Shown here piece after piece: positions 52,529 through 61,900 of a DNA stretch of 64,000 bases. The notes beneath the pieces were generated by a model. The model had not been told where the DNA came from. It saw nothing but the letters and a program-made list of their open reading frames with translations, and did not search any database. The stretch is from contig CAZHHT010000002.1 of the NCBI GenBank assembly GCA_964532455.1, forward strand, positions 183 through 64,182, given 5' to 3'. Source of the DNA: an uncultured Anaerolineales bacterium. Its GTDB lineage: Bacteria > Chloroflexota > Anaerolineae > Anaerolineales > UBA11858. A program made the translations under genes and the position numbers. How positions within the stretch are numbered: position 1 is the first letter of the stretch; each line of letters begins with the position of its first letter.

Positions 52529-52559
52529 AAAAAGGGCAGCGATTTCTCGCTGCCCTTTT
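52529..52559 (-). terminator. Rho-independent terminator after the csp gene
   Basis: aaaagggcagcga / tcgctgccctttt stem with a 4-nt loop and T-runs on both strands. Confidence 0.7.
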
Positions 52560-52579
52560 GACTGTCTAAAGTGGATTAA

Positions 52580-52966
52580 CTAGGACTCGTCGTCGGAATC
52601 GTCATCCGAATCATCGTCGAAATCGTCGCCGGATTCGTCATCCGAATCATCGTCGAAATCGTCATCGGAATCTTCATCGGAATCATCATCAGAATCGTCA
52701 CTGAAAATGTCTCCACTGTCTTCCGGTCCGGTGCTGAAAGAAGTTGCGCTCTCACCCAGGGCTTGAACATCCTGTGCTTGCGGTCCCTTGTCGCTTTCAA
52801 CAACATCAAATTCAACCCGCTGACTCTCGTCAAGCGTTTTGAATCCAGCTCCGTTGATCGCGCTGTAGTGGACGAATACATCGCCTTCACCATTGTCGCG
52901 TTCAATAAAACCGTAGCCTTTTCCTGCGTTAAACCATTTTACAGTACCGGTCTCACGCTCTGCCAT
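52580..52966 (-). CDS. Cold-shock domain protein with a poly-Asp/Ser acidic C-terminal tail
   Basis: [15 protein letters not shown] (RNP1) and VFVHYS (RNP2). The start is at the ATG with RBS GAAGGAGA. The tail reads [39 protein letters not shown]. Confidence 0.85.
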   Translation of the reverse strand: MAERETGTVKWFNAGKGYGFIERDNGEGDVFVHYSAINGAGFKTLDESQRVEFDVVESDKGPQAQDVQALGESATSFSTGPEDSGDIFSDDSDDDSDEDSDDDFDDDSDDESGDDFDDDSDDDSDDES

Positions 52967-53091
52967 AAAAAATCTCCTTCGAACTAAATGATATGAACTC
53001 AGCAGGGCGTTCCCCCTCGTTCTAAACAAATAATTGCTCAAGAAACGTACGTTCTGCTCCTGTAGTGGAAGTTCTCCACCTACATTGAATT

Positions 53092-53100
53092 AATATAGCA
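53092..53100 (-). promoter_or_regulatory. Candidate extended -10 (TGCTATATT) giving a csp 5' UTR of about 120 nt
   Basis: Read on the minus strand. It is a motif match only. Confidence 0.3.
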
Positions 53101-53318
53101 TGAACGGATAAGATCGTCAACTGAACAATGAGAAATTGTATATACAATCTTATTATTCACCTGAATGTAGGGGCTTCCAGGATAAGCAGTCAAACATGGG
53201 TAATATCGAGGGACTAGCAAGAATATTCAGTACTCAGCATGGCAAACCCCGCTATAATTAAACTACCTCACAAAAAACAATCTTTTTGATCAGGGCAAGG
53301 ATTACAGGGAATAAGTAT

Positions 53319-54689
53319 ATGAATTTCGCCACCACGATATTCCTCTTAATTATCTCAGCAGGGTTTTTTATACTTGGCTTTACATTTGTGATTACCTCCC
53401 TCCAGGAAGGGGAACAAAAGGCTTCAATCTGGTCAGCGGGGATCACCCTGACAGGAACAGCCTTATTATCAAGCTCCCTTATGCTTCCTCCACAGAGGAG
53501 AATAATTTTTATTGGTATTCTGTTGGGTTTAGGGTTGATCACAGCGCTGGTTTTTTACTTCCCGCTGGGGAAAGAATCCGGAGAATATTCTGATCCTCAC
53601 CACCAGGTTGATGAACGGGAAATCATTTTCGCCAGAGCCCGCTTAATCCCAGGTTCCACCGATTATGAGACATATTACCGGCTTCATCCCGAACATCAGG
53701 AGCAGGATGATGCCTCACGAAAGAAACCGGGGTTGCTCTCTCCCGAAGCCAGCTACACAGAACCCCTGCACTCGGCTGCTGCAGGAGCCAGTTTTTACCT
53801 GACGGATGCACTCCGGGAAGCAGTGGATGGTCCGGTCGCCAAGCAGAAGAAGGATTATTCCCCGGAAACCCTGACCCGGACGGTGAAATACCTCACGAAA
53901 TATTATGGCGCCCTGGACTGCGGGATAACTATCCTTAAATCTGCCCATATCTACTCCCATATCGGTCGCGGCAGTGGAAAATATGGCGCACCAGTCGAGC
54001 TTAAACACAAATTCGCTATCGCCTTCACTGTCGAGATGGATTATCAAATGATCAGCTCAGCCCCTTACCCTCCGGTTACTATGGAATCCGGCCTTCAGTA
54101 TGTTGAGGCGGCCCGGGTTGCCGTGCAGCTGGCAGCTGCAATCCGCTCCCTGGGTTTTCCTGCCCGGGCTCACATTGACGGAAACTATCGAGTTATTGCT
54201 CCCCTGGTTGCCAGAGATGCAGGTTTAGGGGAAATCGGCCGGATGGGATTGCTGATGACTCCCCGCCAGGGTCCCCGCGTGCGGATAGGCGTGGTGACAA
54301 CCGATCTGCCCCTGATCACAGACAATTACCAGGCAGATGGAAGTCTGATCGATTTCTGTAATATCTGCCAAAAATGTGCTGATAACTGCCCCAGCCAATC
54401 CATCCCCCTAGGAGACCGGGAGGTGAATAACGGCGTTCTGCGCTGGAAAATTACTCCTGAATCCTGCTACCATTACTGGACTATTATCGGAACTGACTGC
54501 GGCCGGTGTATGGCAGTATGCCCTTATTCCCATCCTGATAATCGGGCTCATAATCTGGTCCGTTGGGGAATATCCAAATCCGGCACCTTCCGAAGGGCAG
54601 CACTGGTATTGGATGACTTCTTCTATGGGAAAAAACCAGTCTCCAGATTCAAATCCGTTTTACCCTCAGCATCAATAAAACAACCCTGA
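53319..54689 (+). CDS. Reductive-dehalogenase-like (RdhA family) Fe-S protein with a fused 3-TM N-terminal anchor and no TAT signal
   Basis: C-terminal CNICQKCADNCP plus C-x10-CGRCMAVCP, the RdhA-style pair of cluster motifs. The first 95 aa or so form three hydrophobic helices. The start could also be the TTG at 53286. Confidence 0.6.
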   Translation: MNFATTIFLLIISAGFFILGFTFVITSLQEGEQKASIWSAGITLTGTALLSSSLMLPPQRRIIFIGILLGLGLITALVFYFPLGKESGEYSDPHHQVDEREIIFARARLIPGSTDYETYYRLHPEHQEQDDASRKKPGLLSPEASYTEPLHSAAAGASFYLTDALREAVDGPVAKQKKDYSPETLTRTVKYLTKYYGALDCGITILKSAHIYSHIGRGSGKYGAPVELKHKFAIAFTVEMDYQMISSAPYPPVTMESGLQYVEAARVAVQLAAAIRSLGFPARAHIDGNYRVIAPLVARDAGLGEIGRMGLLMTPRQGPRVRIGVVTTDLPLITDNYQADGSLIDFCNICQKCADNCPSQSIPLGDREVNNGVLRWKITPESCYHYWTIIGTDCGRCMAVCPYSHPDNRAHNLVRWGISKSGTFRRAALVLDDFFYGKKPVSRFKSVLPSASIKQP

Positions 54690-54814
54690 CAGGATAAACT
54701 AGATCCCTCTGAATAAGGTAAAATGAGGATTATGCTAGTCTGCTATCCCCGCAAGGTCTTAGATGAAGACACTGCGATCCCGCAGATTGGAATTAATCAA
54801 AAAGAGAGGTGCTT

Positions 54815-56173
54815 ATGATACCTGTAACACTGGCGAGATGGCAATTCGCAATCACTACCATCTACCATTTCTTTTTTGTCCCTGTTACGCTGGGATTAGC
54901 TCTCTTCCTGGCTGTGCTGGAGACGCGCTATGTAATCAGCGGCGATGAGATCTACAAACGAATGGTCAAGTTCTGGGGAAAGATATTCCTGATCAACTTT
55001 GCCATTGGTGTAGTGACCGGCCTCGTTCAGGAATTTCAATTTGGCCTCAACTGGTCGGAATATTCCCGCTTCATGGGCGACATTTTTGGCGCCCCGCTGG
55101 CTATTGAAGGATTGCTGGCCTTTTACCTGGAATCAACCTTTATTGGTATCTGGATCTTCGGGTGGGATAAACTCTCGAAAAAAGCCCATTTAGCTGCCAT
55201 CTGGATGGTCGCCATTGGTTCCAATATTTCCGCCCTTTGGATTCTAATAGCTAACTCCTTTATGCAAAATCCCGTGGGATACACTATCCGAAACGGCTGG
55301 GCAGAAATGACCGACTTCTGGGCTTTGGCCGGGAATCCAAATGTCTGGTATCAATTTCCCCATGTCCTGACTGCGGGTATCTCTGTCGGAGGTTTCCTGG
55401 TAATGGCTTTCAGCGCCTATCACTTATTAAAGGGAAATCCCCAGACTCAGGATTTTTTCCAGCGTTCTTTCCGCTGGGCTGCCATATTTGCATTGGTTGG
55501 ATCAGTGCTGGTGGGATTGATCGGACACGCTCAGGGTCAATTTCTGGTGACAATTCAGCCAATGAAAATCTCGGTCATGGAAGGACACTGGGAAACCGAA
55601 CAACCGGCATCATTCTCAGTCGTTGCCATCATTGATCAAGAAAACCAGGAGAATCCCTACAATTTGAAAGTTCCTTATATGCTTTCCTACCTGATCCATA
55701 ATGACTTCACCAGTGAGGTCGTTGGTATCAAGGAACTGCAGGCCGAGGCTGAATCTATCTACGGACCGGGAAACTACATCCCGCCGGTCACATTAAGTTA
55801 CTGGTCCTCACGGACTATGATTGGATTTGGTCTGTTGATGATCCTTATTTCCGGCCTGGCCGTGCTCTGGTCCTTCAAAACTGACCCTGGAAAGCGGCCC
55901 TGGTTCTTAAAAATCATCATCCCTGCCGGGCTGCTGCCAACCCTGGCCATTACAGCAGGTTGGTTGGTAGCAGAAACCGGGCGCTGGCCCTGGATTGTCC
56001 GCGGTTTGCTGAAAATTGAAGATGCAGTTTCCCCGAATGTCAGTTCTGGAAATATCATCTTCTCCCTGGTCAGCCTTTCGCTGGTTTATGGATTGCTGAT
56101 GATTGTGGGTATTTCGCTAGGGTTAAAATACGGTAAGAGCGATCCACCCGCAGCGGATGCCATAGGAGAGTAA
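54815..56173 (+). CDS. cydA: Cytochrome bd oxidase subunit I
   Basis: LARWQFAITTIYHFFFVPVTLG N-terminus and the Q-loop region. The ATG follows RBS GAGAGG. Confidence 0.9.
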   Translation: MIPVTLARWQFAITTIYHFFFVPVTLGLALFLAVLETRYVISGDEIYKRMVKFWGKIFLINFAIGVVTGLVQEFQFGLNWSEYSRFMGDIFGAPLAIEGLLAFYLESTFIGIWIFGWDKLSKKAHLAAIWMVAIGSNISALWILIANSFMQNPVGYTIRNGWAEMTDFWALAGNPNVWYQFPHVLTAGISVGGFLVMAFSAYHLLKGNPQTQDFFQRSFRWAAIFALVGSVLVGLIGHAQGQFLVTIQPMKISVMEGHWETEQPASFSVVAIIDQENQENPYNLKVPYMLSYLIHNDFTSEVVGIKELQAEAESIYGPGNYIPPVTLSYWSSRTMIGFGLLMILISGLAVLWSFKTDPGKRPWFLKIIIPAGLLPTLAITAGWLVAETGRWPWIVRGLLKIEDAVSPNVSSGNIIFSLVSLSLVYGLLMIVGISLGLKYGKSDPPAADAIGE

Positions 56174-56175
56174 TC

Positions 56176-57192
56176 ATGGACTTCAACACAATCTGGTTTA
56201 TTCTGATCACATTCTTGTTTATGGGATTCTTCTTTTTAGAAGGATTTGATTACGGCGCTGGCATCCTGCTCCTGATAATCGCGAAAAAGGATAACGAGCG
56301 CAGAGCAGTCATCAACACCATTGGACCTATTTGGGACGGCAATGAGGTCTGGATGATAACCGCCGGTGCTGCCATGTTCGCCTCTTTTCCTCATGTCTAT
56401 GCCACACTCTTCAGTGGTTTCTATATCCCGCTGATCATTATGCTGTTGGGATTGATCATTCGAGGAGTGGCTTTTGAGTTCCGCGGCAAACGGGAGAATC
56501 AGGCCTGGCGAAATCGCTGGGACTTGGCGCTATTTATCGGCAGCCTGGTTCCCGCTCTGCTCTGGGGTGTGACTATTGCCAACATGATGCAAGGATTTGC
56601 CATTGAGGCTGACATGAACTACTACGGTGGATTAATTCCTTTGCTTAATCCCTACTCCCTGCTGGGCGGTTTGGTCTTCCTGGGTTTGTTCATGCTGCAC
56701 GGAGCCAGCTTCCTGGGAATAAAACTGGAAGGGGAACTCAATCAAAAAGCAAAAGATATCGCCGGTAAAATCTGGATTCCCGTAGTGACCCTGACAGTGG
56801 CTTTCCTGGCATGGACCTACTTAAAAACGGACATTCTTAACAATCCAGGATTTGACGGTTTAATCCCGGCGATTCTAGCAGCAGTTTCATTGTTGGCATA
56901 CGGTTGGTTCCTGCGAAAAGGAAAGGAAGGGCTTACTTTCATCTTTGGTGGATTGGCCATTTTATTGGCCACAATCATGGTTTTCTCCGGTCTTTTCCCG
57001 CGGATATTGATTTCGTCAATTGATCCTGCCTATAGTCTTAACATCTACAATGCTTCCTCGAGTCAATATACGCTGCGGGTGTTGACCATTGTGGTGGCGA
57101 TTTTCATGCCGATTATCCTGCTATACCAGGGGTGGGCTATCTGGATTTTCAGAAAAAGGCTCAGCCCGGAAAGCAGTGATCTGCACTATTAA
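56176..57192 (+). CDS. cydB: Cytochrome bd oxidase subunit II
   Basis: It lies immediately downstream of cydA. FLEGFDYGAG, IWDGNEVW and the polytopic profile all fit. Confidence 0.9.
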   Translation: MDFNTIWFILITFLFMGFFFLEGFDYGAGILLLIIAKKDNERRAVINTIGPIWDGNEVWMITAGAAMFASFPHVYATLFSGFYIPLIIMLLGLIIRGVAFEFRGKRENQAWRNRWDLALFIGSLVPALLWGVTIANMMQGFAIEADMNYYGGLIPLLNPYSLLGGLVFLGLFMLHGASFLGIKLEGELNQKAKDIAGKIWIPVVTLTVAFLAWTYLKTDILNNPGFDGLIPAILAAVSLLAYGWFLRKGKEGLTFIFGGLAILLATIMVFSGLFPRILISSIDPAYSLNIYNASSSQYTLRVLTIVVAIFMPIILLYQGWAIWIFRKRLSPESSDLHY

Positions 57193-57216
57193 ATAAAGGA
57201 GAGGTTGTCCCCAGTT

Positions 57217-57246
57217 GGGGCTGTGCCAATTAATTTGGCACAGCCC
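57217..57246 (+). terminator. Strong hairpin after cydB
   Basis: ggggctgtgccaa / ttggcacagcccc 13-bp stem. The downstream T-run is weak. Confidence 0.5.
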
Positions 57247-57299
57247 CTCTGTATATAACCCTAATCCCATCAATCTAAAGCGATTATTCCCTGGACTGC

Positions 57300-57920
57300 T
57301 TTCAGGACAGTTCCTTCGATTCCATTGCTCTTCACTCAGGACAGGCTTGGCGAGGGGCGCAGGAGAACCTCCAGCGAAGGATCCATGATGAGATTAACCA
57401 ACCAAGGCGATTGTATATGGAGAGGGAAATCCTGGATTAATCTGTCATTGCGAGCTCCTGCTTTCGGGGCGCGGCAATCTTCTCAACTCCACGATTACCC
57501 GGCGATTAAAATCGCGGGCTAGGAAGAGTAAGTCCCATTAAAATGGGACTCATTCCAAGTTTGTCATCCTGAGCCCTTCGACTCCACTACGTTTCGCTCA
57601 GGACAGGCCCCGCGAAGGATCCATAATGAGATCAGTTAGCCATGGTGATTAATCCAGCTCTGTGATAGGAAATGACCTACCCCCCAGCCCCCTTCCAGCT
57701 GGAAGGGGGAGAGTACTTTTTGGAGCTGGTTGGGTACTGATGGACCGGGGAATATACCGGTCCAAATGCCCCTTTCCTCCAGGAAAAGGGACAGGGGATA
57801 GGTTTATTTTTGATAGCTTTCAACGTTCAAACATTTTCCCCAAGTCCCACTGTCGCCCGACCCTTCGATACGCCGCCGCTACGCGTCAGCTACTCAGGAC
57901 GGGCTTGACGAGGAGCTCAG
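57300..57920. repeat. Cluster of nested palindromic REP/MITE-like elements
   Basis: Three copies of a ccttcga...ctcaggacaggc...gcgaaggatccat unit, a tgtcattgcgag...cgcggcaatct unit, a perfect 22-nt palindrome at 57688-57709, an 11-bp inverted repeat pair at 57432-57442 / 57647-57657 and several other hairpins. Confidence 0.65.
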
Positions 57921-58113
57921 ATAAAAACCTCCGCCAACACTGAAATTCTCTGGAATCCGCTATATGAACGAACTATTCAGCGTACCTGGAGAAATGGTTT
58001 CCCGCAGGTCTGCCTTCTAGCGCAGAGAGCAGATAAAATGACAAAGGCTGCCTTTTTAGACAGCCTCTTTTATTGCTTCTTTTTTCCAAGACTCAACAAT
58101 ATAATTTTTTATA

Positions 58114-58776
58114 CTACAGTTCGTTGACCACCTGCAGGATATCATCTGCAACGTCATCTATTAATTGGTTCCCGTTGACCTCATGCAGGATTCCTCGTGC
58201 CCGGTAAAACTCTACTAAAGGACTTGTCTGTGCCTGATAAACCACTAAACGCTGCCTGACGGTTTCCGATTTATCATCCTCCCGCTGGTACAGTTCACCC
58301 CCATCTTCATCACAAATTCCGGGTTCTTTTGGCGGGTCAAACTTCATGTGGTAGGATTGACCGCAGGTCCGGCAGATCCGCCGACCGCTGGCGCGCTCCA
58401 CCAGGACATCTTCCGGAACAGCTACTGAAATCACCGCTGCCAGGGACGCGCCTACACCTACCAGTATTTCATCCAATGCTTCCGCCTGGGGAATTGTCCG
58501 TGGAAATCCGTCCAGCAGAGCTCCTCCAAGGCAGTCTTCCCGATGCAGTCGTTCCTTGACCATACCGATAGTGACCTCATCCGGAACCAGGTCTCCCCGA
58601 TCGATATATTTTTTTGCTTCCATCCCCAGATTGGTTTCCCTTTTAACATTATCCCGAAACAGGTCACCGGAAGCGACCTGGGGAATGCCAAGCAGCCGGG
58701 TTAAGCGGACGGCCTGGGTGCCTTTTCCTGACATCGGCGGTCCAAGCAGTATTAAAAATCGACTTTCTACAGGCAT
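58114..58776 (-). CDS. adk: Adenylate kinase with a Zn-lid
   Basis: GPPMSGKGTQA P-loop and the lid CRTCGQSYH...CDEDGGELYQRED. The start is at the ATG after AGGAGG. Confidence 0.9.
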   Translation of the reverse strand: MPVESRFLILLGPPMSGKGTQAVRLTRLLGIPQVASGDLFRDNVKRETNLGMEAKKYIDRGDLVPDEVTIGMVKERLHREDCLGGALLDGFPRTIPQAEALDEILVGVGASLAAVISVAVPEDVLVERASGRRICRTCGQSYHMKFDPPKEPGICDEDGGELYQREDDKSETVRQRLVVYQAQTSPLVEFYRARGILHEVNGNQLIDDVADDILQVVNEL

Positions 58777-58935
58777 GCTGCTTCCTCCTGGTGAACACTT
58801 ATAAGGATCTAAAAAAAGTATAGCACGATTCCTTTTCCGGTCAGGGTCTATCACTGGCTAAACAATCCATAATCTGGTCATATAGCGGGATAAACGACTG
58901 TGATACTATAATGAAGAACGTTTCAGGTCTGAAAT

Positions 58936-61900
58936 ATGTTCCCAAACTCACGCCTTCTCCATCTTGCTCAAAAAAGCCGCCTCTGGTTGGCGCTCACTAT
59001 CAGCCTGGGATTTTTTTCCGGACTGCTCACCATTGGACAGGCACGGTTTATCAGCCAGATTGTTAGCAGGGTTTTCCTGGATCAGGAAGGATTGACCGAA
59101 GTCTGGGGGCTAATGCAGCTCACCCTGGTATTTTTCACACTGCGGGCATTTCTTTCCTGGTTAAGCAGCGTCAGCGCTACAATCATCGCTGTCCAGGTTA
59201 AAGGCCGTGTCAGGACCCTGCTGCTAAATCATTTGGAAAAATTAGGTCCTGCTTTTACCCAGAAGGAGCAGGGCGGGGAAATTAGCGCTACCACAGTGGA
59301 GGGAGTGGAAGCGCTGGATGCATACTTCAGCCAGTACCTTCCCCAGCTGGTACTTTCAGCCCTAGTTCCCCTGACAATTCTAATGTTTGTATTTCCCCTG
59401 GATTTGCTTTCCGGGCTGGTGCTGCTGGTAACCGCTCCGTTAATTCCATTTTTCATGTACCTGATTGGGAAAAGCGCCCAAACAGTCACTGACCGTCAGT
59501 TCAGCACCCTCAGCAAACTAGCTGCTAAGTTCCTGGACAGTCTGCACGGCTTAACAACACTGAAATTATTTAACCTGGCTCAGTCACAAACAGAGAAAAT
59601 CAAAGAGACCAGCGACCAGTACCGGAAAACCACCATGAAGGTCCTGCGGGTGACCTTCCTCTCTGCCCTGGCGCTAGAATTGCTGGCAACCCTCAGCACA
59701 GCCATTGTGGCAGTGGAGATTGGACTGCGGTTGCTGTATTTCCGGGTTACTTTAGAACAGGCATTGTTCATGCTGATGATCGCCCCTGAATTTTACATCC
59801 CACTGCGACAGCTGGGTCTGCGTTTTCATGCCGGGATGGAGGGTCAAAGCTCAGCGGTGCGTATCTTTGAGATCCTTGATACAGAACCTATTCATGATAA
59901 ATTATCCCTGACTTCCTCAGATAATAAGCTTTCTCCGCCTCTGAAAAAATTGACTCTGGACAAGGTCAGCTTTAGCTACCCTGGAGAGAATCAAGCCGCC
60001 CTTAATAACCTCTCCCTAACTATTAATCAAGGTGACCAGATTGCTCTGGTCGGAGAAAGCGGCGCCGGGAAAAGCACTCTGGCCAATCTTATCCTGGGAT
60101 TTTTCCCACCCACAAGAGGAGAAATCCGAATCAACGGGGAATTGCTGATTAAAGATAATTTGGCAGTATGGCGGGACCAGATCGCCTGGGTACCCCAGGA
60201 ACCGGCGCTCTTCCAGGATACAATTGCTGCCAATATCCGGCTGGCTCGACCGGACGCAGATTTGGGCGCTGTGGCTTCAGCGGCATCCGCTGCCCACCTC
60301 GCCGAGTTCGTCGACTCCCTGCCCGAGGGGTACGAGACCTTAATCGGCGAAGGTGGGGCCCGCCTTTCCGGCGGGCAGGCACAGCGCCTTGCCCTGGCCC
60401 GGGCTTTTTTGAAAGATGCACCAATCCTGATCATGGACGAACCTACCTCCCAGCTCGATCCAGTTACGGAATCACGATTGGCGGATTCAACCCGGAACTT
60501 GATGGCAGGGCGGACCGTGATCACTATCGCCCACCGGCTCAACACCATCTATAAGGCTGACCGGATCCTGGTTCTCCATGAGGGCTCTATCGTGGAAGAA
60601 GGAACCCACTCAGACCTGATAAAGAAAGGTGGAATCTACACTGATCTGGTCCGGGCTTACACTGGTGAATCAGTCACCCACTTCCCACCAGAAGGTACGT
60701 GGAATAAATTAATCTCACCTCTGAACCACCGGTACCCAGTCTCCCAGTCTCCATCTCTCCAAGTCTCCCCGTCTCATTCTCTCCCAGTCTCTCATCAACC
60801 CACTCCCCTGCAGCCTATCTGGCAGCGCCTGGTAGGTTTTTTAGCCAAACATTGGGGCCAGGTTCTGCTATCAGCCCTGCTCGGGGTTTTGACCATCGGC
60901 TCCAGTATCGGATTGATGGGTACATCTGCCTGGCTGATTTCCACCGCTGCTTTGCATCCTTCAATCGCGACGCTGCAAGTAGCCATTGTCGGAGTGCGTT
61001 TTTTTGGTATTTTACGCGGCATCAGCCGCTATTTCGAACGCCTGGTATCCCACAGCGTAACCTTCAAAGTTCTCACCGACCTGCGTGTGTGGTTTTATAA
61101 ATCCCTTGTTCCCCTGGCTCCCGCGCGTCTGCTTAATTTCCGGTCCGGCGATCTGCTGGACCGGATTATTTCAGATATCAAATCCCTGGAGGATTTTTAT
61201 GTCCGCTCAGCTGCTCCTCCTCTAGTTGCCCTGCTGATCGGACTGAGCATATCCCTATTCCTGGATCGGTATCATCCGCTATTTGGAATTTTGCTGGGGG
61301 GATTTTTTTTCCTCAGTGGTTTAATCCTTCCTTTGCTGGTTCGGATTTTAACCCGCGAAACTGGGGAAAAGTTGGTATCGGAACGCTCCCTGTTAACTGA
61401 GGGGCTGGTCAATTTTATCCAGGGGCTACCAGATTTAATAGTCTATGGTCAGTCAAAGGGGAAACAAAATCAGCTTGAAGAAATAAATCAATGCTACAAC
61501 ACCGCCCAACTGAGATTAGCGCGGATCAGTGGTCTAAACAAAGGATTACTGATTCTATTAAGCAATCTGGCCATGTGGCTGGCCCTGATCACTGCCATCC
61601 CGTTAATCCAAGATGGCGAGATCCCTGGGGTGATGTTGGCCGCCCTGGCTCTGCTGACCCTGACTTCGTTTGAAGCCGTTCAACCGCTACCCCATGCGAT
61701 GGAAACACTTTCCAGCTCCCTAAAAGCCGGTTCCAGGCTGTTTGAAGTGTTGGATGCTGAACCCGTAGTAGTTGACCCGGTCCACCCTGTCTCATTCCCT
61801 TCCCGCTTCTCGTTGACAGTGGAAAATCTGAGATTTCTTTATCCCGGCAGCCAGCAGCCAGCCCTGGATGGGATCAGCTTCCGCCTTCGCGAGGGTGAAA

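Noticed and set aside
57325-57943. ORFs 57325..57522 and 57662..57943 as protein-coding genes
   Set aside because: They lie entirely within the palindromic repeat block, lack an RBS, and their translations (Arg/Gly/Pro-rich) simply follow the repeat sequence.
57250-57950. CRISPR array
   Set aside because: The repeats are not identical, vary in length and orientation, are irregularly spaced and are internally palindromic. No cas genes are nearby. This is REP/MITE-like, not CRISPR.
60027-60554. Antisense and alternative-frame ORFs inside cydDC (60027..60548, 60149..60424, 60168..60554)
   Set aside because: They overlap the highly conserved NBD1 region (Walker A/B and signature motifs) of the plus-strand gene. 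They are typical GC-rich shadow ORFs.
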